Positions 29,393 to 37,599 of a stretch of 64,000 nt of DNA are shown in pieces. The notes under the pieces are model-generated. The model was not told the DNA's origin. It saw only the letters and a list, made by a program, of their open reading frames with translations, and made no database searches. Location: positions 414,992 through 478,991 of the forward strand of contig OY970250.1 of assembly GCA_963715575.1 (NCBI GenBank). Reading direction: 5' to 3'. Source of the stretch: an uncultured Actinomycetes bacterium (GTDB lineage Bacteria; Actinomycetota; Thermoleophilia; Gaiellales; Gaiellaceae). A program made the translations under genes and the position numbers. Position 1 is the first letter of the stretch; every line of letters begins with the position of its first letter.

Positions 29393-29479
29393 GGCGCCAG
29401 TGTAGGGGCAGCCCCGGCCGCGTCGCCTCCTGACAAATTGGGGGTGAAGGGCGAGGCCCCTCTTGCCGAGGAAAGAATC

Positions 29480-31081
29480 GTGATCCGGCGATTCGCGCTC
29501 CTCGTCGCCTTCGCTGCGCTTGCCTGCGCTGCGCCTGCAGCCGCGCTCGCCGACGGCACGATTCTCGTCAAGTTCGCCTCGACGACCGGCTCCGCCAAGA
29601 AGGTCGCGGCGCTCGGCGACGACGTCACCGGCTCGTCCGTCGGCGGCGTCAAGGTCGTCGACCCGCAGCCCGGCGAGACCGTCTCCGATGCGCTCGCGCG
29701 CTACCGCGCACGCCCCGACGTGCTCTACGCCGAGCCGAACCGCGTCCTGCACCTGCTCGACCTCAGCCCGCCGAACGACCCCGACTACAGCTCACAGTGG
29801 GCGCTCGATGCGATCTCGGCGCTCGGCGGCTGGTCGATCTTCCCCGGCACCTTCACCCCGAGCCCGTCGGTGCCCGTCGGAATCGTCGACACCGGCGTCG
29901 ACGCGACACACCCGGACCTCGGGAACGTCTCGGGCCTGAGCGCGACCTGTCTCAACGGCACTTGCACCCAGGGCGTGCCGACCGACGACGACGGCCACGG
30001 GACACACGTCTCGGGCATCGCCGCCGCGACGACCGACAACGGGGTCGGCATCTCAGGCCTCTCGTACGCCTCGCCGCTGATCGTCGTACGTGTCTTCTCG
30101 GTCGACGCGAGCCAGGGCGCCTACGACTCCGACATCGCGAACGGGATCGCCTGGGCGGCCTCGCATGGCGCGAAGGTGATCAACCTCTCGCTCGGCGCGA
30201 CCGGCCCCTACCCGATCACGCTCTGCAACGCGGTCGAGCTGGCGATGAACTCCTACGGCACGTCGATCGTGGCCGCCGCGGGCAACGGGAACCCGCCCGG
30301 CACGCCCGTTGCGACGCCGACCTATCCGGCCGCCTGCCCGGGCGCGATCGGCGTCGCGGCGACCGACTCGAGCGACCAGCCGGCGAGCTTCTCGAACTAC
30401 GGCAACCCGGACGTCTTCGTCTCCGCTCCCGGCGTCAGCGTCCTCTCCACCTGGCCCGGCAACTCGTACGCGCTCGACCAGGGAACGTCGATGGCGTCCC
30501 CGTACGTGACCGGGCTTGTCGGCCTGATCCGGAGCCTCCATCCCGAGGCCTCGGTCGCCCAGGTGCGCCAGATCCTCGCTCTCGGCTCCGACAAGGTCGG
30601 CTCGGGCGCGTACGGCGCCGACCCGTACGGCACGTGCGCGGGCTGCACCTGGGAGGCCCACTACGGCTACGGCCGGATCAACGTCCAGAAGGCGCTCTCG
30701 ACGGCGGTCCCCCCGGCCCCGCCGCCGCCTCCTCCTCCTCCTCCCCCTCCGCCCCCACCCCCCGAGTCGACGCCGGCAACGAAGGACACGAAGGTGCCGG
30801 TGGTCCATGTCTACAAGGCGAACGGCCGCCACCGGAAGTCGCTCCACCTGCGCTATCGCGTGCGGGACGACAGCGGCCACACCTCGGAGCGAGTGCTCGT
30901 CTACCGGAAGACGAAGCTGCTGAAGAGGTTCACGCAGAAGCTGCGCACGACCAACGACGCGGTCGCCTACTGGGTGACCTTCAAGTTCGCGAAGCGCGGC
31001 ACGTACCGGTACTGCGTCCGCGCGAGCGACAGAGCGGGCAACCAGAGCCGCCTGGCCTGCGCGGCGATCCGCGTTCGCTAG
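29480..31081 (+). CDS. Secreted S8 (subtilisin-like) serine peptidase with poly-proline linker and C-terminal beta domain
   Basis: GTG 29480 after GAGGAAAG; signal peptide; inhibitor-I9-like propeptide; VGIVDTGVD, HGTHVSG, GTSMASPYVTG; P16 run; C-terminal RASDRAGNQS. Confidence 0.9.
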   Translation: MIRRFALLVAFAALACAAPAAALADGTILVKFASTTGSAKKVAALGDDVTGSSVGGVKVVDPQPGETVSDALARYRARPDVLYAEPNRVLHLLDLSPPNDPDYSSQWALDAISALGGWSIFPGTFTPSPSVPVGIVDTGVDATHPDLGNVSGLSATCLNGTCTQGVPTDDDGHGTHVSGIAAATTDNGVGISGLSYASPLIVVRVFSVDASQGAYDSDIANGIAWAASHGAKVINLSLGATGPYPITLCNAVELAMNSYGTSIVAAAGNGNPPGTPVATPTYPAACPGAIGVAATDSSDQPASFSNYGNPDVFVSAPGVSVLSTWPGNSYALDQGTSMASPYVTGLVGLIRSLHPEASVAQVRQILALGSDKVGSGAYGADPYGTCAGCTWEAHYGYGRINVQKALSTAVPPAPPPPPPPPPPPPPPPESTPATKDTKVPVVHVYKANGRHRKSLHLRYRVRDDSGHTSERVLVYRKTKLLKRFTQKLRTTNDAVAYWVTFKFAKRGTYRYCVRASDRAGNQSRLACAAIRVR

Positions 31082-31109
31082 AGGACCCCGGCCGACTGCG
31101 GGCTGCCCG

Positions 31110-31988
31110 CTACGCTCGGGCGCCGGCGATCTCGGCCGCGAGCTCGGCGACCTCGGTCGGCGTCGTCCCCACCCGCACGCCGCGAGCCTCGAGCGCGTCC
31201 TTCTTCGCCTGGGCCGTCCCTGAGGAGCCGGAGATGATCGCCCCCGCGTGGCCCATCGTCTTGCCGGGCGGCGCGGTGAAGCCGGCGATGTACGCGACGA
31301 CCGGCTTCGTAACCTCGGCCTCGATGAACGCGGCCGCCTTCTCCTCCTCGTCGCCGCCGATCTCGCCGACCATCACGATCACCTCGGTCTCGACGTCGGC
31401 CTGGAAGCGTGCGAGCACGTCGATGAAGGACGAGCCGACGACCGGGTCGCCGCCGATCCCGACGATCGTCGAGTTGCCGAGCCCGCGCTGGGTCAGCTCG
31501 TGGCCGATCTGGTAGGTGAGCGTGCCAGAGCGCGAGACGACGCCGATCGGGCCCTCCCGAAAGATCTCGGCCGGGATGATCCCGACGTTCGCCTTGCCCG
31601 GGGAGAGCGCGCCCGGGCAGTTCGGGCCGAGCATCGTGATCTCCCTCGGCCGGATGTAGTTGTAGACCCGCAGCATCTCGTGGGCGGGCAGGCCTTCGGC
31701 GATGCAGATCACGGTGCCGATCCCGGCGTCGACGGCCTCGTAGATCGCATCCGCGGCGAAGCGGGCCGGCACGAAGACCATCGTCGTGTTCGCGCCGGTC
31801 TCGTCCACCGCCTGCGCGACCGTGTCGAAGATCGGAATCCCCTCGAGGTCGGTGCCGCCCTTGCCGGGCGTCACTCCGGCGACGACGTTCGTGCCGTAGG
31901 AGCGGTTCCGCAGCGTGTGGAACGAGCCCTCGCGCCCCGTCGCGCCCTGCACGACCAGCCGCGTGCCGTTGTCGACGATGATCGCCAC
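31110..31988 (-). CDS. sucD: Succinyl-CoA synthetase alpha subunit
   Basis: GTG 31986-31988 (MAIIVDNGTRLVVQGATGREGSFH); GPNCPG, SRSGTLTY, GHAGAIISG (catalytic His). Confidence 0.95.
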   Translation of the reverse strand: MAIIVDNGTRLVVQGATGREGSFHTLRNRSYGTNVVAGVTPGKGGTDLEGIPIFDTVAQAVDETGANTTMVFVPARFAADAIYEAVDAGIGTVICIAEGLPAHEMLRVYNYIRPREITMLGPNCPGALSPGKANVGIIPAEIFREGPIGVVSRSGTLTYQIGHELTQRGLGNSTIVGIGGDPVVGSSFIDVLARFQADVETEVIVMVGEIGGDEEEKAAAFIEAEVTKPVVAYIAGFTAPPGKTMGHAGAIISGSSGTAQAKKDALEARGVRVGTTPTEVAELAAEIAGARA

Positions 31989-32641
31989 TAGCTCTGCGAC
32001 TTCCTCGCGCGGATGACGATCTTCGTGTCCGTCCAGGCTGTGCCGTCGTCGGTCATCCGGTCGGCCAGCAGCTCGCGCACGCGCTCGGCCGGCGCGCCCT
32101 CGCAGCCCGTGCGGGCGAGCCAGTCGTAGAGTGGGTGCTCCTTCTCGAAGCACTCGACCTGCTCGACCTCGAGCCCGGCCTCGGCGAGGAGCTCGCGCCA
32201 CTCGTCCTCGGTGTAGCTGCGCACGTGGGTCGGGTCGCGGAGCTTCTCGGCCTGCTCGTGCCGCTCGCTCGAGTAGAGCGTGTCCTCGATCACGACGAGC
32301 CGGCTGCTCACCCGTTCGAGCTCGGCGACTGCCGCGCGGATGTCCTCGAAGTGGTGCGGCGCGATCCGCGTGACGACGACGTCGAAGGCACCGCCGTCGA
32401 ACGGGATGTGCTCGGCAGGCGCGAGCACATCCGCCTGCATCCCGGGCGACGGGTCGAGCGTGACCACCTCGCAGCCGGCCTCGCGCAGCCGCCGGGCGAC
32501 ATGGCCGCCGCCGGTGGCGACGTCGAGCGCCTTCACCCCTTCGGCCGGCTCGCACCACTCGACCACGAGGTCGAGGTCGGCGCCCTCGCGATGGCCCGGG
32601 CTCCGACGGTAGGCCTCGGCGCGCTCCGACCAGGCGCTCAT
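31988..32641 (-). CDS. Class I SAM-dependent methyltransferase (Methyltransf_11-like, 217 aa) inserted between sucC and sucD
   Basis: MSAWSERAEAY...; ALDVATGGGHVARRL (SAM motif I), FDVVVTRIAPHHF. ATGA overlap with the sucC stop and TAGTG 1-nt overlap with the sucD start. Confidence 0.8.
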   Translation of the reverse strand: MSAWSERAEAYRRSPGHREGADLDLVVEWCEPAEGVKALDVATGGGHVARRLREAGCEVVTLDPSPGMQADVLAPAEHIPFDGGAFDVVVTRIAPHHFEDIRAAVAELERVSSRLVVIEDTLYSSERHEQAEKLRDPTHVRSYTEDEWRELLAEAGLEVEQVECFEKEHPLYDWLARTGCEGAPAERVRELLADRMTDDGTAWTDTKIVIRARKSQS

Positions 32642-33780
32642 GCCGCCAGCTCCACCGCGCGCCTGGCCGCGTCCAGCATCGTCGCCTCGACGTGCAGGTT
32701 CGGCGGCGCGGCCTCGGCCAGGATCTCGCGACCCTCCTCCGCGTTCGTCCCGTCGAAGCGCACCACGATCGGGAGCGCGATCTCGATCTGCGAGAGCGCC
32801 TGCAGGATCCCGCGCGCCACCACGTCGCAGCGGGTAATGCCGGCGAAGATGTTGAACAGGATCGCTTTCACCTGCGGGTCGGCCGTGATCACCTCGAGCG
32901 CGTCGACCACCCCCTGCGCGTCGCCGCCGCCGCCGAGGTCGCAGAAGTTCGCCGGCCGGCCGCCGGCGAGCGCGATCACGTCGAGGGTGGACATCACGAG
33001 CCCGGCACCGTTGCCGAGAATGCCGACCTCGCCGTCGAGCTTCACGTAGGTGACGCCCTTCTCGCGGGCGGCCCGCTCCTCGGGCGGGTAGGCCTCGAGA
33101 TCGCGCATCTCCGCGATGTCCGGGTGCTTGTAGAGCGCGTTGTCGTCGACCGTGAACTTCGAGTCGAGCGCGCGGATCTCGCCCTCGGGCGTGACGATCA
33201 GGGGGTTGATCTCGCAGAGCATCGCGTCGCTCTCGACGAAGCAGCGGTAGAGCTTGCCGATGATGTCGAGCAGCTGGGCCTGCTCCTTCGGATCGTCGAT
33301 CCCGGCGCCGTAGATCAGGCGCCGCGCTTGGTAGGGCTGGTAGCCCTCGAGCGGGTCGACGTGCAGGCGCGCGAGCGCATCGGGGTTCTTCTCTGCGACC
33401 TCCTCGATCTCGACTCCGCCCTCGGTCGTGAGCATGAACAGCGACTGCTTTGTGCCGCGGTCGAAGGTGACCGAGAGGTAGTACTCCTTGGCGATCTCCG
33501 AGGCCTGCTCGATCCAGAGCTTGCGCACGACGTGGCCGTTGATGTCGAGGCCGAGGATCTCCTCGGCCTTGCGCTCGGCGTCCTCGGGGTCGTCCGCGAG
33601 CTTGATTCCGCCGGCCTTGCCGCGGCCGCCGGTCAGCACCTGCGCCTTGACGACGACGTGGCCGCCGATCTCCTCCGCGGCCGCGCGCGCCTCCGGCGGG
33701 TTCGTCGCCAGCCGCCCCTCGGAAGTCGGGATGCCGAAGCGGCGGAAGAGCTCCTTGCCCTGGTACTCGTAGAGGTCCAC
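32638..33780 (-). CDS. sucC: Succinyl-CoA synthetase beta subunit
   Basis: MDLYEYQGKELFRRFGIP, VVKAQVLTGGRGKAGG, GNGAGLVMSTLD, NIFAGITRCD. Confidence 0.95.
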   Translation of the reverse strand: MDLYEYQGKELFRRFGIPTSEGRLATNPPEARAAAEEIGGHVVVKAQVLTGGRGKAGGIKLADDPEDAERKAEEILGLDINGHVVRKLWIEQASEIAKEYYLSVTFDRGTKQSLFMLTTEGGVEIEEVAEKNPDALARLHVDPLEGYQPYQARRLIYGAGIDDPKEQAQLLDIIGKLYRCFVESDAMLCEINPLIVTPEGEIRALDSKFTVDDNALYKHPDIAEMRDLEAYPPEERAAREKGVTYVKLDGEVGILGNGAGLVMSTLDVIALAGGRPANFCDLGGGGDAQGVVDALEVITADPQVKAILFNIFAGITRCDVVARGILQALSQIEIALPIVVRFDGTNAEEGREILAEAAPPNLHVEATMLDAARRAVELAA

Positions 33781-33792
33781 CGGCGCGGGACT

Positions 33793-35553
33793 CTAGCTGG
33801 CGTCGACCACCACGCAGACCGCCTGTCCGTTGCTCACGGCCTGGCCGGGCTCGACCGAGAGCTCGGTGACGATGCCGGCGCGGTGGGCCGTGATCTCGTT
33901 CTCCATCTTCATCGCCTCGACGATGCAGATCACCTGGCCCGCTGCGACCTCGTCGCCCTCGGCGACCTCGACGGCGAGCACCGTGCCCTGCATCGGCGTG
34001 ACGAGGGCGTCTTTCCCGCCGCCGTGGGCGCGGCCTGCCACCCGCTCGTGGCGTCGCCTCGCGAGCTCGGTGTGCGGCGGCTCCGGGACGAGCGCCTCGA
34101 CCTCGTAGCGGCGGCCGTCGAGCTCGAGCGTCAGCCGGCGGGCTCGGGTTGGAGCACCGTCCAGGGGCGCCGAAACCGTCGTCTGCGACAGCTCCTCCGC
34201 GCGCTCCGCCAGCTCTGCGGACTCGACCACCCCATGACACGTCTCGCCCGCGACGAAGCACGGGTGCTCGAGCAGCGCCTGGTGGAAGCCGAGCAGCGTC
34301 GTGATCCCGCCGATCTCGTACTCGCCGAGCGCGCGCAGCATCCGCCGGCGCGCGTGCTCGCGGTCGACGCCGTGGACGATCAGCTTGGCGACCAGCGGGT
34401 CGTATAGCTCAGGCACGACGGAGCCGGCGACGACGCCCGAGTCGACCCGCACTCCAGGCCCGCCCGGCTCCCGGTAGCTCGTGATCCGCCCGGGGCTCGG
34501 CAGGAAGCCGTTCGACGGATCCTCGGCGTTGATCCGGCACTCGAGCGCGTGCCCGGTCAGCCGCACGTCCTCCTGTCGCAGCCACAGCGGCTCCCCGGCC
34601 GCGATCAGCACCTGCTCGCGCACCAGGTCGAGGCCGGTCGCCAGCTCGGTCACGGTGTGCTCGACCTGAATGCGAGTGTTCATCTCGAGGAAGAAGTACT
34701 CGCCTTCCTGCGAGAGCAGGCCTTCGATGGTCCCGGCGCTGCGGTAGCCGACCGCCCGGGCGGCGTCGACGGCGATTCCGCCGATCCGCTCGCGCAGCTC
34801 CTCGTCCACCGCCGGCGAGGGCGTCTCCTCGACCAGCTTCTGGTGGCGGCGCTGGATCGTGCAGTCGCGCTCGCCGAGGTGGATCACGTTCCCGTGGCCG
34901 TCGGCGAGCACCTGCACCTCGACGTGGCGCGGGTCCACGAGGTAGCGCTCGACGTAGACGGTCGAATCGGAGAAATACGCCTGCCCCTCGCGCTGCGCCG
35001 ACTCGAAGGCGCGCTCGGCTTCGTCCGGGCCCTGCACGACCTTGAGGCCCTTGCCGCCGCCGCCGGCCGCCGCCTTGATCGCGAGCGGCCAGCCGAGCTC
35101 GTCGCCGAGCCGCAGCACCTCCTCGGCGGAGGTGACCGCGTCGGTCGTTCCCGGAACGACCGGAACGCCTGCCGCGGCCATGCGCTCTCGGGCCGCGGTC
35201 TTCGAGCCCATCACGTCGATCGCCTCCGCCGGCGGGCCGATCCAGACGAGCCCCGCGCGGGCGACCGCACGCGCAAAGCCGGCGTTCTCTGCGAGGAAGC
35301 CGTAGCCCGGATGGACGGCCTCGGCCCCCGCGCGCCGCGCGACCTCGAGCAGGCGCTCCTGGTCGAGGTAGCTCTGCGCAGCCGGCCCCGGGCCGACGAG
35401 ATACGCCTCGTCCGCGACCTGGACGTGCAGCGAGCCGCGGTCGACCTCGGAGTAGACGGCCACGGTTTCGATCCCGAGCTCGCGCAGGGTCCGGAAGATG
35501 CGGACGGCGATCTCGCCGCGGTTCGCCACCAGGACTTTCGAGAAGACGGACAT
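33793..35553 (-). CDS. accA: Acetyl/propionyl-CoA carboxylase alpha subunit (biotin carboxylase + BCCP domain)
   Basis: ATG 35551-35553 (MSVFSKVLVANRGEIAVRI); HPGYGFLAEN, KAAAGGGGKG, C-terminal EAMKMEN biotinylation motif. Confidence 0.93.
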   Translation of the reverse strand: MSVFSKVLVANRGEIAVRIFRTLRELGIETVAVYSEVDRGSLHVQVADEAYLVGPGPAAQSYLDQERLLEVARRAGAEAVHPGYGFLAENAGFARAVARAGLVWIGPPAEAIDVMGSKTAARERMAAAGVPVVPGTTDAVTSAEEVLRLGDELGWPLAIKAAAGGGGKGLKVVQGPDEAERAFESAQREGQAYFSDSTVYVERYLVDPRHVEVQVLADGHGNVIHLGERDCTIQRRHQKLVEETPSPAVDEELRERIGGIAVDAARAVGYRSAGTIEGLLSQEGEYFFLEMNTRIQVEHTVTELATGLDLVREQVLIAAGEPLWLRQEDVRLTGHALECRINAEDPSNGFLPSPGRITSYREPGGPGVRVDSGVVAGSVVPELYDPLVAKLIVHGVDREHARRRMLRALGEYEIGGITTLLGFHQALLEHPCFVAGETCHGVVESAELAERAEELSQTTVSAPLDGAPTRARRLTLELDGRRYEVEALVPEPPHTELARRRHERVAGRAHGGGKDALVTPMQGTVLAVEVAEGDEVAAGQVICIVEAMKMENEITAHRAGIVTELSVEPGQAVSNGQAVCVVVDAS

Positions 35554-35575
35554 CGCGCGCGTATTCTCCCTGCGC

Positions 35576-36121
35576 ATGACGTTCGCGGATCAGTTGACGC
35601 TCGTGCGCATCCTGGCAGTGCCGGTCGTGATCGTCCTGTTCGTCGCGGACTTCGACGGCCACTACTGGTGGGCGACCGGCGTCTTCATCGCGGCGATGAC
35701 GACCGACTGGTTCGACGGGCGCGTCGCGCGCAAGTACGGCTACTCCTCGGCACTGGGCTCGCTGCTCGACCCGGTCGCGGACAAGGTCCTCGTGCTGACG
35801 TTCCTGATCCTGCTCGTCGACGACGGGGTCTTCCCCGGCTGGATGGTCGCCTTGATCGTCGCGAGGGAGTTCCTCGTCTCCGGCCTGCGCCTGGCCGCGC
35901 TCGAGCGGGGCGTCGTCATGCAGGCGCGCGACCTGGGCAAGCTGAAGACGTGGTCGCAGGCGACCGCGGCCGCGATCGGCGGGTTCGCGGCGGCCGGCGC
36001 GTGGGACGACCAGGTGGCGTGGTGGGCGCTGCTCGTGGCCCTCGCGCTGACGTGGCTCTCGGGGCTGGACTACGCCCGCGTCGCGCCGGGGCTGCTGCGC
36101 GGCCGGACCGCGTCCCCGTAG
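35576..36121 (+). CDS. pgsA: CDP-alcohol phosphatidyltransferase (PgsA-like)
   Basis: ATG 35576; DWFDGRVARKYGYSSALGSLLDPVADK (D-x2-D-G-x2-A-R...G-x3-D-x3-D motif); multiple TM segments. Confidence 0.88.
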   Translation: MTFADQLTLVRILAVPVVIVLFVADFDGHYWWATGVFIAAMTTDWFDGRVARKYGYSSALGSLLDPVADKVLVLTFLILLVDDGVFPGWMVALIVAREFLVSGLRLAALERGVVMQARDLGKLKTWSQATAAAIGGFAAAGAWDDQVAWWALLVALALTWLSGLDYARVAPGLLRGRTASP

Positions 36122-36270
36122 CGCTCCGAGAACTCGACGCTCTCACGGATCCCACGTTGGCGCCAGCCGCTCCGGTAGGCGGGCGGCAGCGAATCGCGCG
36201 CGAGCACCGCCTCGACCGCCGCCAGCACGGCGTCGCGCTCCTCGGGCTCGGGCGTGATCCGCACGTCCAC
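36070..36270 (-). CDS. Small protein (66 aa), weakly acyl-CoA carboxylase epsilon-like; 3' end overlaps pgsA convergently
   Basis: GTG start; very high GC3; VRITPEPEERDAVLAAVEAVLARDSLPPAYRSGWRQRG loosely resembles ACC-epsilon pattern. Assignment is tentative. Confidence 0.4.
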   Translation of the reverse strand: MDVRITPEPEERDAVLAAVEAVLARDSLPPAYRSGWRQRGIRESVEFSERYGDAVRPRSSPGATRA

Positions 36271-36317
36271 GCCGGCAGCCTAAAGCTGCGGCGCCGCCCG
36301 GACGATACGAGCCGTGG

Positions 36318-37382
36318 ATGAGCCGCGTCCTCACCATCCTCGGCTGCTGCGCGCTCCTCGCCACTCCCTCGGCGCTCGCCGGGCGAATCGGCGACGGCGA
36401 CGGGCACTCCGCGAAGAAAAGCCGCGCGACGGTCTCCTGGGCCCAGCCCGAGATCCGCTACGTCGTCCAGCACGGCCTGATGGCCAAGACGGTCGCTGCC
36501 TTCCGCGCCGATGACACCCTGACGCAGGGCGAGCTGGCCGCGGTCGTCGCGGGATTGACCAAGCAGCCGGCCGGCACAGTCGCCGCGCCCTCCGCCGCGG
36601 TCACCGTCACCCAGCTGGACGCGCGCCTCGTCCGCGCACTCGACCTCTCCGACGCGGCCGCCGCCTTCACCGCCGGCGCCCAGGCGGCGGGCCTCGCGAC
36701 GCCCTTCCGCTTCGGCACCGAGACGGTGGCGCGGCTGCTCGGGCTGCGCACGAACCACCCCGCAGCCCACGACGACCTCGAGCTGCTGCCCACCGAGCCC
36801 GTCACCCGTGCCGAGACCGCCTACTCCGTCGCCCGCATCCTGCGCTTCAAGGGCTGGGAGACGCAGTTCGTCGAGGACGCGGCCGCCACCTTCGAGCTCC
36901 CGCAGCTCGGCGCCTGGCAGACGCGCGTGCTGAACACGGCCGTCCGCTTCGTCGGCTTCCCCTACGTCTGGGGCGGCACGAGCGAGAAGGCGGAGACGCC
37001 GTTCGGCGTCCAGGCGCACGGCGGCTTCGACTGCTCCGGCTTCGTCTGGCGCGTCTACAAGCTGCAGGCCTATCCGGGCGGCGCCGCGCTCGCCTCGACG
37101 CTCAAGGGACGCACGACCTACCAGATGAGCGGCGAGGCCGGGCCTGCGAAGCGGATCGGCTTCGCCAAGCTCGCTCCCGGCGACGTCCTCTTCTTCGGCC
37201 CGTCCGGCCCGCGCTCGAAGCCGGCCTCGATCGGCCACACCGGCATCTACCTCGGCGGCGGCTGGATGATCCATTCCTCGGGCCAGGGCGTGGCCGTGAC
37301 ACCGCTGACCGGCTGGTACCGCCAGCAGTTCGCCTGGGGCCGCAGGCCGCTCGCCGAAGCCGGCCTGATCGCCACTCGCTAG
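36318..37382 (+). CDS. Secreted NlpC/P60 (C40) peptidoglycan peptidase with N-terminal repeat region
   Basis: Signal peptide MSRVLTILGCCALLATPSALA; YVWGGTS...GFDCSGFVWRVY (catalytic Cys), IGHTGIYLGGGWMIHS (His). Confidence 0.88.
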   Translation: MSRVLTILGCCALLATPSALAGRIGDGDGHSAKKSRATVSWAQPEIRYVVQHGLMAKTVAAFRADDTLTQGELAAVVAGLTKQPAGTVAAPSAAVTVTQLDARLVRALDLSDAAAAFTAGAQAAGLATPFRFGTETVARLLGLRTNHPAAHDDLELLPTEPVTRAETAYSVARILRFKGWETQFVEDAAATFELPQLGAWQTRVLNTAVRFVGFPYVWGGTSEKAETPFGVQAHGGFDCSGFVWRVYKLQAYPGGAALASTLKGRTTYQMSGEAGPAKRIGFAKLAPGDVLFFGPSGPRSKPASIGHTGIYLGGGWMIHSSGQGVAVTPLTGWYRQQFAWGRRPLAEAGLIATR

Positions 37383-37484
37383 CCGACCTGACCCAAATGG
37401 AGGTTCACCCTTCCGGGGGATGTGACGGCGGGCACGAGGATCGAGACTTGTCGGCGTCCTACTAGCACCCTGGGGAGGTTGACG

Positions 37485-37592
37485 TTGCTGCACTGGAGCC
37501 CGCGAATCGTTGCTTTGGTCGCCGTCCTTGCGCTGGTCTTGATCGCGCTCGGTGGCCTCGGCGAAGAGCTCACAAGAAACCTCTACTGGTAG
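37485..37592 (+). CDS. Possible small single-TM protein (35 aa), not in ORF track
   Basis: GGGGAGG 6 nt upstream of TTG 37485. (M)LHWSPRIVALVAVLALVLIALGGLGEELTRNLYW*. Moderately high GC3. Ends 8 nt before the downstream GGDEF/HD-GYP gene. Confidence 0.35.
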   Translation: MLHWSPRIVALVAVLALVLIALGGLGEELTRNLYW

Positions 37593-37599
37593 GCGTGTA

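Noticed and set aside
37383-37484. 22-codon ORF MEVHPSGGCDGGHEDRDLSASY* downstream of the NlpC/P60 gene
   Set aside because: It has no Shine-Dalgarno sequence and poor third-position GC bias. It is very short and has no distinguishing features.
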